A stretch of DNA of 64,000 bases, taken from an uncultured Armatimonadetes bacterium (lineage in GTDB: Bacteria; Armatimonadota; Hebobacteria; Hebobacterales; Hebobacteraceae). The translations under genes and the position numbers were made by a program. Under the pieces are notes generated by a model. It was not told the origin of the DNA. It saw only the letters and a program-made list of their open reading frames with translations, and made no database searches. The DNA lies in contig OY970296.1 in the NCBI GenBank assembly GCA_963716175.1, forward strand, positions 3,040,001-3,104,000. Direction: 5' to 3'. This document shows, piece by piece, positions 18,455 to 28,891 of this stretch (the first letter of the stretch is position 1; every line of letters starts with the position of its first letter).

Positions 18455-19851
18455 CTCTTCCCGGCGCTCTGCGGCAGTCTCGCGGGCTTCACTCCCAGGC
18501 GGAGCGCCAGCTCCCGCGCCGTCTCCCCGATGTCCCCCGCTCCCATCACCAGGATCACATCACCTGGTCGCGCCAACCTTGCCAACCCGGCCACCAGTGT
18601 CTGCTTCGCCATCTCAAACACGCCGTCCTCTCCTCGGCGCGTCCTCAGTGGGTCCGCGATCAGACGCGAACTCACCCCAGGGAGAGGAGCTTCGCGCGCC
18701 GGGTAGATCTCGGCCAGCGCCACCACATCGGCCGCCTCTAGGGCGCGGGCGAAGCCGCCCGCGAAATCGCGCGTCCGCGAGTACAGGTGGGGCTGAAAGA
18801 CCGCCACCAGACGTCGCCCTGGGAAGGCCGCTCGCGCCGCCGCAATGGTCGCGGTCAGCTCGCTCGGATGGTGTGCGTAGTCGTCCACCACCGTCACTCC
18901 GCCGCTCTCCCCCAACACCTCGAACCGGCGCTCCACACCCGTGAAGCCGGCCAGCGCGCGAAAGCACGAGGCCAGGGAAGCGCCGGCCCGCAGCGCGGTG
19001 GCGGTTGCCCCTAGCGCGTTCAGCACATTGTGCAGCCCCGGTGTCCCCAACCGCAGCTCGCCCTGGTCCCGGTTCTCCACCAGCAGCCGGCACCGTCCCC
19101 CCAGCCCGTCCGTAGTCGGCTCGGCTCCCCGCACCTGCGCGCCTTCGGTGAACCCGTAGCTCACCACCTCGCGCCCCACTCCCGCCGCCAGGGGGCGCAG
19201 CTCCTCCCGATCCGCGCACAGCACCGCGCATCCCCCGGGCACGATCCGGCCCAGGAACTCGGCAAAGCTCGCCCGCAGGTGGGCCTCGGTCTTATGGTGG
19301 TCCAGGTGATCGGCCTCGATGTTGGTCACCACCGCGATCTCGGGCCGCAGATCCAGGTAAGACTCATAGGCCTCGCACGCCTCCACCACCATCCACTCAC
19401 CCTGGCCCACTCGCGCGTTGCCGTCCAGTGCCGCGTGCTCCCCTCCCAGCACCACCGTCGGGTTCATCCCGGCCTCCAGCAGGATCAGGCCCACCATCGC
19501 CGTCACCGTGGTCTTGCCGTGCGTTCCTGCTACCGCTATCCCCCGGGAGCCGGCCATCAGCTTTGCCAGCAGCTCCGAGCGACGCTGCACCTGCAGCCCG
19601 AGTTCCCGCGCGCGCCTGAGCTCCGGGTTATCCTCGTGAATGGCGTCCGAGATCACCACCCGCTCCGCCCCCTGCACCAGCTCGGCCCGGTGTCCGATGG
19701 TCACGGCTGCTCCCCGCGCGGCCAGCTCCCGGGTCATCGCGGAAGCCTGCAGGTCCGATCCCGACACCTGCACTCCTCGCGCCAGCAGCAGCTTCGCCAG
19801 CGCGCTCATGCCGATCCCGCCGATGCCTACCAGGTGCACCCGCGCGCTCAC
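18451..19851 (-). CDS. murC: UDP-N-acetylmuramate--L-alanine ligase
   Basis: GIGGIGMS, GTHGKTT, DDYAHHP, FQPHLYSRT. Confidence 0.96.
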   Translation of the reverse strand: MSARVHLVGIGGIGMSALAKLLLARGVQVSGSDLQASAMTRELAARGAAVTIGHRAELVQGAERVVISDAIHEDNPELRRARELGLQVQRRSELLAKLMAGSRGIAVAGTHGKTTVTAMVGLILLEAGMNPTVVLGGEHAALDGNARVGQGEWMVVEACEAYESYLDLRPEIAVVTNIEADHLDHHKTEAHLRASFAEFLGRIVPGGCAVLCADREELRPLAAGVGREVVSYGFTEGAQVRGAEPTTDGLGGRCRLLVENRDQGELRLGTPGLHNVLNALGATATALRAGASLASCFRALAGFTGVERRFEVLGESGGVTVVDDYAHHPSELTATIAAARAAFPGRRLVAVFQPHLYSRTRDFAGGFARALEAADVVALAEIYPAREAPLPGVSSRLIADPLRTRRGEDGVFEMAKQTLVAGLARLARPGDVILVMGAGDIGETARELALRLGVKPARLPQSAGKR

Positions 19852-21020
19852 GGCGCCTTCCCGACGCTCTCGGGCTCACGGCATTGGCGGGAGATGTTGA
19901 GCAGCAGTCCCATGCCGATCATCGAGAACAGCAGAGATGAACCTCCATAGCTGACGAAGGGGAGCGTCACCCCGGTGGCCGGAATGGAGCCGGTCACCAC
20001 TGCGATGTTCAGCAGCGCTTGCACCGCAATCACCGCGGTCACCCCGGCTGCCATCAGCCCCGAGAACCGATCCGGCGCGCGCCTGGCCACCTGCATCCCT
20101 CGCCACACCAGAAGGCCGAACAGGGCCAGCACCCCCCAGGTCGCGATCATCCCCAGCTCTTCCCCCACCACCGCCAGGATCGAATCCGTGGTGGCCGCCG
20201 GCAGGTAGAAGTACTTCTCCACGCTCCCACAGTAGCCACTCCCGGTGAGACCACCCGACCCCAGGGCGATCAATGACCTCGCCTTCTGGTAGCCTCCGAA
20301 CAGCTCCAGGTCGCGGCCCTTGCCCAGGACCTGGAGCCCGAAATCAACGATGCGGCGCACCTGGTAGGGATGGTGCCACAGCAGCACCCCGGCCGGGATC
20401 GCGGCCAGCGCTCCCGCCGCCAGCAGGTGGCGCATCCTCGCCCCAGCGACATGGAAGTATACCAGCATGGCCCCGAAGGTGACCGCCGCCGTCCCGGCAT
20501 CCGGCTCGATCGCGATCAGACCCACCACCACGAACATCACCAGGAAGGGCGGATAGGCTTCTGCCCGAGCCGACAGCCCCCGCGGGAAGTGCGCGAAGTA
20601 GCGGGCGGTCACGATCACCAGCACCAGCTTCGCCATCTCGCTGGGCTGGAAGCTGAGCGGACCCAGACTATACCAGGAATGCGCTCCATTTCTTCCGGGC
20701 ACAAAGAAGAGTCCCGCCAGCAGCGCCACCGTGAGCAGCAGGAGCGCCCAGGCGCTCTTCGCCAGCCGCTCCAGCCCGATCCGCATCGCCCCCATCATCC
20801 CCAGCACGCCCACTCCCACAAAGGCCACCTCGCGCAGCAGGTAGGAGAGCACGCTTCCGCCCTGCGAGGCCGCCACTGGTATGCTGGCGCTGTACACCAT
20901 CGCCACCCCCAGGCTCACCAGTGCCAGGGTGGGGATGAGCAGCCACAGATCAACGCCGCCGGCTTCCGCCGGTGCGAGGGAGGCCTGTGGCACCTGCAGC
21001 GCGCGGCTGGCCTGCGCCAC
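19848..21020 (-). CDS. ftsW: SEDS peptidoglycan polymerase FtsW
   Basis: FQPSEMAK, EPDAGT, YLPAATTD, GVTLPFVSYGGSS. Confidence 0.92.
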   Translation of the reverse strand: MAQASRALQVPQASLAPAEAGGVDLWLLIPTLALVSLGVAMVYSASIPVAASQGGSVLSYLLREVAFVGVGVLGMMGAMRIGLERLAKSAWALLLLTVALLAGLFFVPGRNGAHSWYSLGPLSFQPSEMAKLVLVIVTARYFAHFPRGLSARAEAYPPFLVMFVVVGLIAIEPDAGTAAVTFGAMLVYFHVAGARMRHLLAAGALAAIPAGVLLWHHPYQVRRIVDFGLQVLGKGRDLELFGGYQKARSLIALGSGGLTGSGYCGSVEKYFYLPAATTDSILAVVGEELGMIATWGVLALFGLLVWRGMQVARRAPDRFSGLMAAGVTAVIAVQALLNIAVVTGSIPATGVTLPFVSYGGSSLLFSMIGMGLLLNISRQCREPESVGKAP

Positions 21021-22393
21021 TAGCTGATCCCCTCCTTCGCCGTCAGCGCTTGCACCAGTCCCTTGAACCTCCGGCCCCGCTCCGCCATGTTCGCGAACAT
21101 ATCGAAGCTGGCGCAGGCCGGGGACATGAGCACCACCTCCCCGGGCCGCGCCCAACTGCGGGCCAGCTCTACTGCCTCCGCCAGGTCCTGCGCTCGCGCG
21201 ATCTCCCTCACACCTGCCGCCCCTGCTGCCTCTGCGATCTCCTCTGCCGCCTCGCCGATCACCACCAAAGATGCCTTCCGCCGCGCCATCGCCTCCCCCA
21301 GCGATCGGAAGTCGTGCACCTTCGGCCGTCCTCCCGCGATCAGGATCACCCTCTCCGCGAAGGCCTCCAGGCCCGCCACCGCCGCCTCCGGTGTGGTCGC
21401 CTGCGAATCATTCACGAATACCACACCTCCGACCATCCCAACTACCTCCAGCCTGTGCTCCAGACCAGTGAACCGCGCCAGTGTCTCGGACGCCTTCTCC
21501 AGCGATGCGCCGGCCGCCCGCGCCGCTGCCAACGCCGCCAGCACATTCCCGAGGTTGTGCTCTCCGCGAAGCCGCACTGCCGTTCGCCGGCAGATCCTTT
21601 CCCCGGCCACCCGCAGCCAGCCCGCGGCCGTATCCGCGCCGCCGGGCTCCGCTTGCTTGATGCTGTAAGCCATCAGCCGCGCCCGCGTCCAGTCCCGGAG
21701 GGACCAGGCCTCCGCGTCATCGTGGTTGATCACGGCCGTGTCTTCCGGTCCCTGATTCGCGAGTATCCGCGCCTTCGCCTCTCGGTAGGCCGCCACGCTC
21801 CCGTGCCGGTCGAGATGGTCGGGGAACAGGTTCAGTACCACCGCCACCCGGGGACGGAATCCCTGCGTCGCCTCCAGTTGGAAGCTGCTCACCTCGGCCA
21901 CCAGGAGATCGTCTGGCTCGGCCCTGTCGGCCAGCTCGATTAGCGGCCGCCCGATGTTGCCTCCGACCAGGGCCCGTTTGTCCTCAGCTTCGAGCAGCTC
22001 ACCAATCAGCGCGGTGGTGGTAGTCTTCCCCTTGCTCCCGGTGACTGCAACCATGGGGCAGGGCGCAATCCAGTAGGCCACCTCGATCTCGCTCACCACC
22101 GTCGCCCCGCGCTCGCGGGCGCGGAGTAGGGGAGGAATATCCAGCGGCACCCCCGGGCTGGGCACCACCAGCTCCGCCTGCTCGATGCCCTGGTAGGCCC
22201 GGTCTCCGGTGTGGATGGTCACGCCCGTGCCTTCCAGCGCGGCGATCTCGCCAGCCAGCTCTTCTGCCGGCTTGACATCGGACACCGCCACTGCCGCCCC
22301 CCGCGCTGCCAGCACCCGCGCCACCGCCCGGCCCGTGCCTAGACTGCCCAGGCCAATCACATGTACCCGCTTACCCGCGAACCTATCGTTCAT
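21020..22393 (-). CDS. murD: UDP-N-acetylmuramoyl-L-alanine--D-glutamate ligase
   Basis: SPGVP, TGSKGKTTT, EVSSFQLE, HRLE, SPACASFDMF. Confidence 0.95.
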   Translation of the reverse strand: MNDRFAGKRVHVIGLGSLGTGRAVARVLAARGAAVAVSDVKPAEELAGEIAALEGTGVTIHTGDRAYQGIEQAELVVPSPGVPLDIPPLLRARERGATVVSEIEVAYWIAPCPMVAVTGSKGKTTTTALIGELLEAEDKRALVGGNIGRPLIELADRAEPDDLLVAEVSSFQLEATQGFRPRVAVVLNLFPDHLDRHGSVAAYREAKARILANQGPEDTAVINHDDAEAWSLRDWTRARLMAYSIKQAEPGGADTAAGWLRVAGERICRRTAVRLRGEHNLGNVLAALAAARAAGASLEKASETLARFTGLEHRLEVVGMVGGVVFVNDSQATTPEAAVAGLEAFAERVILIAGGRPKVHDFRSLGEAMARRKASLVVIGEAAEEIAEAAGAAGVREIARAQDLAEAVELARSWARPGEVVLMSPACASFDMFANMAERGRRFKGLVQALTAKEGIS

Positions 22394-22396
22394 CCC

Positions 22397-22421
22397 TGTT
22401 GGGCAGGGGCTTGCCCCTGCC
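22397..22421 (+). repeat. Intergenic REP-like palindrome (mraY/murD)
   Basis: TGTTGGGCAGGGGCTTGCCCCTGCC. Confidence 0.75.
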
Positions 22422-22447
22422 ACCTGTTCGTTCTCAATGCCGGCGAG

Positions 22448-23464
22448 TCACAGGGGAGAGGCGAAGACTCCCGTCGTGACCCATGCCGCTACCAGGGCAA
22501 CCGTCCAGAATGTCCAGACCACGCGCCGCTCTGACCATCCGGAAAGCTCGAAGTGATGGTGCAGCGGGCTCATCCTGAAGACCCGCCTACCCGTCGCCTT
22601 GAAAGACACGACTTGCACGATAACTGAAGCTTCCTCGAGAAACGGCACTAGGCACAGCCCAATGAGAGCAACTGGGCTGTCGAGAGACGCGGCCATCGCT
22701 GCCATCGCGCCGCCCAACGCGAGCGAGCCAACATCACCCATGAACACCCGCGCCGGGTACCGGTTGAACCACAGGAACCCAAGGCAACCCCCAGCTATAC
22801 CGAACGCTAGAAGGGTCACATCTGGAGCCGGCCCCGTCACCATGTTCGGCAGAGCTCCGCCAAGCGCAGCGAACCCAAGCGCGCCGATGACCGACAAGCC
22901 CGAGGCGAGTCCATCCAGCCCGTCGGCAAGGTTCATCGCGTTCGACGTGGCAACGACCGCAAGCGCCCAGAACGCTATTCGCCAAGCGTGCCATTCTAAC
23001 GTCGCGGGCAGGGCACTTGGGCGGCCAAACGCCAGAGCAAGCACGAGCGCCGCGGCAACGATGAACTCCAGCGCCATCTTCTGGCGCGCCTTCAGCCCCA
23101 GTGACCGCCCCCTCTTGATCTTCAGCCGGTCGTCGGCGAAGCCGATCCCAGCGAATAGTGCCGTTGCCCCGACCATCGCCGCGAACCGGACTGGCGAAGC
23201 CTGGAGATCAGGCGGTAGAAGGGAATACGCGAGGACCGCGGCGACGAGGGAGGCACTGACTATGAGTATGCCTCCCATGGTGGGTGTGCCCTCCTTCTTC
23301 AGGTGCCTCTGCGGCCCGTCATCTCTCACTCGCTGGCCCGCCCCAGCTCGTTTCAGCCAGCCAATCATGGGGCGACCAAATGCCAGCACTAGCAGTAGGG
23401 AAGCGACTGGTGCTAGCCCCAGGGCTACGGCGACTCTGGTCTGTGGCACGAGAAAGCTAAGCAC
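22448..23464 (-). CDS. mraY: Phospho-N-acetylmuramoyl-pentapeptide transferase
   Basis: KEGTPTMGG, NLADGLDGL, FMGDVGSL, MSPLHHHFEL. Confidence 0.96.
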   Translation of the reverse strand: MLSFLVPQTRVAVALGLAPVASLLLVLAFGRPMIGWLKRAGAGQRVRDDGPQRHLKKEGTPTMGGILIVSASLVAAVLAYSLLPPDLQASPVRFAAMVGATALFAGIGFADDRLKIKRGRSLGLKARQKMALEFIVAAALVLALAFGRPSALPATLEWHAWRIAFWALAVVATSNAMNLADGLDGLASGLSVIGALGFAALGGALPNMVTGPAPDVTLLAFGIAGGCLGFLWFNRYPARVFMGDVGSLALGGAMAAMAASLDSPVALIGLCLVPFLEEASVIVQVVSFKATGRRVFRMSPLHHHFELSGWSERRVVWTFWTVALVAAWVTTGVFASPL

Positions 23465-24830
23465 CCGTCGCCTCTCCGAGCAGCACCCTCACGATCTCCT
23501 CCATCCGCATTGCCCGCGAGCCCTTCACCAGCACCACATCTCCGGCCTGGATCCTCTGATCCACCTCCCGCGCCGCGGCCGCGTTGTCCGCCGCCTCGGT
23601 TACATCGCTCAAGCCTGACCTCGCCCCCTCCGCGATGTAATGGCCCAGCTCTCCCACCGTCACCAGCCCCGCCACCCTCAACGCCGCCGCCAGCTCGCCC
23701 ACCTCGCGATGCCACTCCGCGGTCATGGGCCCCAGCTCTTTCATATCCCCCAGCACCGCCCACTTGCGCTTCCCCGGCAGGTCGGCGAGCAACTCCAGCG
23801 CCACCCGCATCGAGTCCGGGGCCGCGTTGTAGCTGTCGTTGATCACCGTGAAGCCACCGGGAGCCGGTACGATCTGGCCCCTCATATCCGCCGCCTCGAA
23901 CGCGGACAGGCCGGCAGCCACCCATTCCGGTTTCCCCCCTGCCGCCATCGCCGCGGCCGCCGCGGCCGCCGCGTTCAGCGCCTGGTGTCGCCCCGCAGCC
24001 TTCAGGTGGATCTCCTGCTCTCCCCCCCAGCCGCGCAGCACGAACCGCACGCTCCCGTCCGCGCTCAGGCTCACATCAGCGGCCCTAACCTGGGCCGCCG
24101 GTCCCTGCCCGAAGGAGACCGTTCGCGCCGGGCTCCGCTGCCGCAGGAAATCGAAGAAATCATCGTCCGCGTTCAGCACCGCAGTCCCGTCCGCCGGCAG
24201 CGCCGTCAGCAACTCCGCCTTGGCTTCCGCGATCGCCTGCCGGCTGCCCAGCAGCTCCAAATGGGACACCCCCACATTCGTGATCACACCCACCTGGGGT
24301 CGTGCCATCGCTGCCAGATAAGCGATCTGCCCCCGCCCCCGCATGGCCAGCTCCACTACCGCCGCTTGCTGCTGCTCGTCCAGCTCCAACAGCGCCAGCG
24401 GCACGCCAATCTCGTTGTTGTAGTTCCCCGGCGTCCGCGCGGTGGGCCCCCCCTGCGAGAGAATCGCCGCCACCATCTCCTTGGTCGTGGTCTTACCAGT
24501 GCTGCCCGTGACTGCGATCACCTGCACCGGCACTGCCGCCCGATGCGCGGCCGCGATCCCGCCCAGGGCCTCGAGCGTATCCTCCACCAGGATCAATGGA
24601 CCCGTGGCGGCTATCCCCAGGGCCACCACCGCCGCACCGGCTCCGCGGCTGAACGCCTCCTCCACGAACGCGTGTCCATCGAACCGCTCTCCCTTGAGCG
24701 CAACGAACAGCGCGCCCACAGATAACCTCCGAGTATCGGTTGAGACCCCATAGAAAGCCGTCGGCGCTGCTCCTCGCAGCACTCTCCCACCCGTTGCTCT
24801 CAGCACCGTGTCCAGGGTGATCTCAGCCAC
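23457..24830 (-). CDS. murF: UDP-MurNAc-tripeptide--D-Ala-D-Ala ligase
   Basis: TGSTGKTTTKE, NNEIGVP, NDSYNAAPDSM, LVKGSR. Confidence 0.96.
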   Translation of the reverse strand: MAEITLDTVLRATGGRVLRGAAPTAFYGVSTDTRRLSVGALFVALKGERFDGHAFVEEAFSRGAGAAVVALGIAATGPLILVEDTLEALGGIAAAHRAAVPVQVIAVTGSTGKTTTKEMVAAILSQGGPTARTPGNYNNEIGVPLALLELDEQQQAAVVELAMRGRGQIAYLAAMARPQVGVITNVGVSHLELLGSRQAIAEAKAELLTALPADGTAVLNADDDFFDFLRQRSPARTVSFGQGPAAQVRAADVSLSADGSVRFVLRGWGGEQEIHLKAAGRHQALNAAAAAAAAMAAGGKPEWVAAGLSAFEAADMRGQIVPAPGGFTVINDSYNAAPDSMRVALELLADLPGKRKWAVLGDMKELGPMTAEWHREVGELAAALRVAGLVTVGELGHYIAEGARSGLSDVTEAADNAAAAREVDQRIQAGDVVLVKGSRAMRMEEIVRVLLGEATGA

Positions 24831-26325
24831 CGGGTTCCCCCTCCATCTCCTGGATCACCGCCTCCGCCACTTCCCGGTCATCGAAGTGAATGGTGCGGTC
24901 GGCGAAGATCTGATAGTCCTCGTGCCCCTTGCCGGCGATCAGCACCACATCCTCCGGCCTCGCCTCCTCGATCGCCCGCCGGATTGCCGCTTCCCAATCC
25001 CCCTCCACCAGGCAGCGCCTCCGCGCCTCTTCGGGAATCCCGGCCAGGATCTCCTCGATGATCACCTCCGGCCGCTCGCTGCGGGGGTTGTCCGAAGTCA
25101 CCAGGCAGCGATCTGCCAGCCGGCTCGCGATCTCCCCCATCACCGGCCGCTTGCTGCGATCTCGGTCTCCGCCGCAGCCGAACACGACAATCACCCGGCC
25201 GCGGGCGAGCTGCCGCGCCGCCTCCAGTGACCGGGTCAGGCCGTCCGGGGTGTGCGCATAGTCCACGAGCACGGTATGCGTTCGTGACGGCACTCGCTCC
25301 AATCTCCCCCGCACCGGCTCCATGCTCTCCAGGCCGGCGCGCGCGGCCTCCGCCGGGATCCCCAGTCCAAAGCAGGCCGCTATCGCGCCCAGAGCGTTGG
25401 AGACATTGAACCGGCCCAGCAAGCGCATCCTGATCCGTTCCTGGCCGGAAGGGATCACGGCCACGAAGGTCGTGCCATCCGCTCCCAGTTCCACCTTCTC
25501 TGCCCGGCAGTCCGCCTTGCTCTCCAGCGCGTAGGTCAGGGTCTGCCCCAGAGCCTTCGCGCAGAGCTCTCTCCCGGCCTCGTCATCCACGTTCACCGCG
25601 TTCACGCGCTGCCCATGGGCTGGCAGGTATTGCCGATCCTCGAACAGCCGACGCTTCGCCTCCAGGTAGGCCTTCATATCGCTGTGGAAATCGAGATGCT
25701 CCGGGGTCAGGTTGGTGAACACCGCCGCCCTGAATTGGCAGCCGTCTGCCCGGTGCAGAGAGAGCGCATGGGATGATACCTCCATCGCGGCATGGGTGGC
25801 GCCCTCCGCCACCAGCTCGGCCAGCAGGGCCTGCAGGTCTATCGCTTCCGGGGTGGTGTGCACTGCCTTGCGTCGGGCGGCGCCGATCCGGTACTCCAGG
25901 GTCCCGATCACTCCGCTCTCGTGGCCTGCCGCGCGGAAGATGGCGTCCATCATCAGCGCGGTGGTGGTCTTGCCATTGGTGCCGGTGATGCCAGCCAGGG
26001 TGAGGTGGGACGAAGGCTCGTCGTAGAAAGCACGCGCCACCGCCGCCATTGCCGCCCGGGTATCCGCCACTACTGCGATGGCGCCCCCCGGTGGCGCTGC
26101 CATTCCCAGCTCGCGGCCTGCCTCCACCACCAGTGCTCCCGCCCTTCTCGCCAGCGCCTCGGGGATGAAGCGATGTCCGTCGGTCCGCTCGCCTCGCACG
26201 CAGAAGAACGCAAACCCTGGACCCACCCGCCGCGAATCGTAGGCCAGCCCGGTCACCTCCACCTGACCGTTGCCGATGATGCGGGCCCCTGCTGACGACT
26301 CCACCAGAGCCGCGAGCGACTTCAC
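24823..26325 (-). CDS. murE: UDP-MurNAc-dipeptide--diaminoacid ligase
   Basis: TGTNGKTT, MEVSSH, DYAHTPD, DNPR (DAP-type), GKGHE. Confidence 0.96.
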   Translation of the reverse strand: MKSLAALVESSAGARIIGNGQVEVTGLAYDSRRVGPGFAFFCVRGERTDGHRFIPEALARRAGALVVEAGRELGMAAPPGGAIAVVADTRAAMAAVARAFYDEPSSHLTLAGITGTNGKTTTALMMDAIFRAAGHESGVIGTLEYRIGAARRKAVHTTPEAIDLQALLAELVAEGATHAAMEVSSHALSLHRADGCQFRAAVFTNLTPEHLDFHSDMKAYLEAKRRLFEDRQYLPAHGQRVNAVNVDDEAGRELCAKALGQTLTYALESKADCRAEKVELGADGTTFVAVIPSGQERIRMRLLGRFNVSNALGAIAACFGLGIPAEAARAGLESMEPVRGRLERVPSRTHTVLVDYAHTPDGLTRSLEAARQLARGRVIVVFGCGGDRDRSKRPVMGEIASRLADRCLVTSDNPRSERPEVIIEEILAGIPEEARRRCLVEGDWEAAIRRAIEEARPEDVVLIAGKGHEDYQIFADRTIHFDDREVAEAVIQEMEGEPGG

Positions 26326-26447
26326 CCGCCTCGAATCCGCCGCCCTGCCTCCCACTGCGACACAGATCCCTTTCCAGCTATCATTATACTACAGCAGCAG
26401 ATGCCTCGACTCGCCTGCCTCACCCCAGCATCGCCGCTCCTATACCC

Positions 26448-28259
26448 TCAGTCGGCTCCCAGCGCACGCTGGTTGACCTGAAGGCCGCGGGCCGAGGCCA
26501 TCCGGCGGTCGGGCGCGATCTCATCTGGCGGCACCCGCAGGTAGGCCAGGCTGCGTTCGCAGATCTCTCGGAAGGCGGGCGCGGCCACCACGCCCCCGTA
26601 GTGTCCGCCCTTGGGCTCATCAATCACCACCAGCATTCCCAGCCGGGGCTTGTCCACCGGCGCGAACCCCACGAACGAGCCGATGTACTTGCCGGAATGG
26701 TATCCCGCCTCGGGCGTGGGCTTCTGGGCCGTCCCGGTCTTGCCCGCCACCCGCCGGGCGGGGATGGCCGCCCTCTTGCCGGTCCCCTCTTCCACTGCTT
26801 TCTCCAGCGCCGCCCGCAGCCGCTCGCAGGTCGCCGTAGAGAGCACCGGCTTTGGCTGCGGCGGCGTGGGCCGCTCCACTCTGCCCCCTGGGTCAATCAC
26901 CATCTTCACCAGTCGGGGCGACACCAGTTTCCCGCCGTTCGCTACCGCGCAGTAAGCTCTCAACAACTGCAGCGCGGTGACGCTCACCCCCTGCCCGAAG
27001 CCCACATTCGCCACCTGCACCTGCGACCAGGTCTCCGGCGGCATCAGCAGCCCCGCCGACTCTCCCGCTAGCTCCACACCGGTTTGGTGCCCAAAGCCAA
27101 GCCGGTCGGCCCACCGGTACAGCCGCTTCGCCCCCAGCGCCAGCGCCACCGTCCCCATCCCCACATTGCACGACTCGATGATCATGTGGTCCAGGTCCAG
27201 CGTGCCGTGCGCTCGGCTGCCCGAGTGCAGGGCGCAGCTGATGGTCCGGTTCCCCACGGCCCGGCTCCCGGTGCAGGTATAGGTCTCCCCGTGGCTCATC
27301 ACCCCTTCTTCGATCGCGGCGCAGGCGGTGATCAGCTTGAAGGTGGACCCGGGCTCATACGGACTCACCACCGCGTGGCTCACCCAGCTCTTGGGTCCGT
27401 AGCGCTTGAACTCGTTGGGGTCGAAGCCGGGCTGCGTGGCCAGCGCCAGAATCTCACCGCTCTCGGGATCCATCACGATGGCCGCGCCACCGCTGGCGTT
27501 CGCCGCCTCCACCGCCTTCGCCAGTGCCTCCTCGGCGATCGCCTGGATGTCGAGGTCAATGGTGAGCACGACACTGCTCCCAGGGACCATGTCCTTCACC
27601 ACCACACTGCGCCCGGGGATCTGGTCTCGTGATCGCGCCTGCCGGCCATCCAGCATCACCAGCGTCTCCCCGTCCACCCCCGCAAGGCGCCGGTCCAGGG
27701 CGGCCTCGGTCCCGCCCAGGCCCTTGTGGTCCTTGCCCACGAACCCGAGCAGTGCCGCCGCCGTCTGCTCGTGGGGATAGGCTCTCCTCCACTCCGTGGT
27801 TACGATCAAGCCCGGGCAGTCGAGCTGGCGAATCGCCTCCGCCACCGGCTCATCCACAGTCGCGCGCAGCGGCACGTATCGCACCTTCTTCCCCGGCCCG
27901 GAGTCCTCCCCGAAGCTCAGCTTGCTCTCCAGCTGTGCCACTGGCATGCGCAGCAGCGGCGCCAACTGCTTTGCCGTCGCCGTCGGATCGCCGATCAGCT
28001 TTGGGTCGGCCGCCACCGAGAACAGCTTCAGGTTCAGAGCCAGCGGGTTGCCGTTGCGATCGTAGATCAGGCCTCGGGGGGAGCGGATGGGCCAGGCTCG
28101 GCCGCCCGTCTGCTTTGCTTTCTCCCGGTACGCGGAGTGGAACACCAGCTGTACGAAAAACAGCTTGAGCGCCAGCGCAGCCAGCAGCAGCATTGCCACC
28201 GCCGCCCAGCGGGCGCCCCGGCGGGCGATCTGCCTGCGGCCGTCGTCTTCCATGCCCAT
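26448..28259 (-). CDS. ftsI: Class B penicillin-binding protein (FtsI/SpoVD)
   Basis: RGLIYDRNG, EPGSTFK (SxxK), SCN, KTGT. Confidence 0.92.
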   Translation of the reverse strand: MGMEDDGRRQIARRGARWAAVAMLLLAALALKLFFVQLVFHSAYREKAKQTGGRAWPIRSPRGLIYDRNGNPLALNLKLFSVAADPKLIGDPTATAKQLAPLLRMPVAQLESKLSFGEDSGPGKKVRYVPLRATVDEPVAEAIRQLDCPGLIVTTEWRRAYPHEQTAAALLGFVGKDHKGLGGTEAALDRRLAGVDGETLVMLDGRQARSRDQIPGRSVVVKDMVPGSSVVLTIDLDIQAIAEEALAKAVEAANASGGAAIVMDPESGEILALATQPGFDPNEFKRYGPKSWVSHAVVSPYEPGSTFKLITACAAIEEGVMSHGETYTCTGSRAVGNRTISCALHSGSRAHGTLDLDHMIIESCNVGMGTVALALGAKRLYRWADRLGFGHQTGVELAGESAGLLMPPETWSQVQVANVGFGQGVSVTALQLLRAYCAVANGGKLVSPRLVKMVIDPGGRVERPTPPQPKPVLSTATCERLRAALEKAVEEGTGKRAAIPARRVAGKTGTAQKPTPEAGYHSGKYIGSFVGFAPVDKPRLGMLVVIDEPKGGHYGGVVAAPAFREICERSLAYLRVPPDEIAPDRRMASARGLQVNQRALGAD

Positions 28260-28270
28260 CCCTCTCCTGG

Positions 28271-28304
28271 GAAAAAGAAAGGCCACCGCCTACGGGCGGT
28301 GGCC
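28271..28304 (-). terminator. Intrinsic terminator between ftsL-like gene and ftsI
   Basis: Minus strand GGCCACCGCC-CGTA-GGCGGTGGCC perfect 10-bp stem followed by TTTCTTTTTC. Confidence 0.7.
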
Positions 28305-28820
28305 CTTCACCGTGCTCGCCTCGGCCCGGCCCCTGGCGCTGTCGGCCACCTCTGTCGCCAGTTCCGCCAGCACTGTGGCCAAGCCCCCGGACGCTTGCGC
28401 TGGGCCCCGGGTCGCCAGTTGCACCCCTGCCTCCTGTTCGGAGTAGGGGAGGACCACGTAGTCAACCTCCTGCACCGGGTCGGCCGGGCGCAGCCCCAGA
28501 CTGGTTGCGGCCTGCTGCAGGCGCTGGTTGGACTCCGTCAGGTTGATCTGATAGCGCAGCAGCGCATTCTGTGCCCGCAGATTCTCGATCTCTCGCCGCA
28601 GCCCCATGGCCGCATAGGCGTTGCGCGTGGCGAGAGCACACCCCATGGCGTAGAATAGCATGAAGGATAGCACCAGGGCGGCGAGCACGGTTGCGGCTAA
28701 GCCTGCTTGCATCCCCACCGGCCTTCTCCAAGGCACTCTGCCGGGCTGTTGTTTGGAGGAAATGGGCAGATCCCTGGTTCGGCCTTGCCAAGACATTTGC
28801 TGCGATTGCATCCTGCTCAC
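28290..28820 (-). CDS. FtsL-like cell division protein
   Basis: Single TM then coiled coil (LRREIENLRAQNALL...AATSLGL); canonical position between rsmH and ftsI. Confidence 0.7.
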   Translation of the reverse strand: MSRMQSQQMSWQGRTRDLPISSKQQPGRVPWRRPVGMQAGLAATVLAALVLSFMLFYAMGCALATRNAYAAMGLRREIENLRAQNALLRYQINLTESNQRLQQAATSLGLRPADPVQEVDYVVLPYSEQEAGVQLATRGPAQASGGLATVLAELATEVADSARGRAEASTVKGHRP

Positions 28821-28891
28821 CGCCCTGTTTCAGTTTTCGATTATTGGACAGGAGCTTGCCTGCCTGTGGCGGGCCTGCCTCCCTGCCTTTA

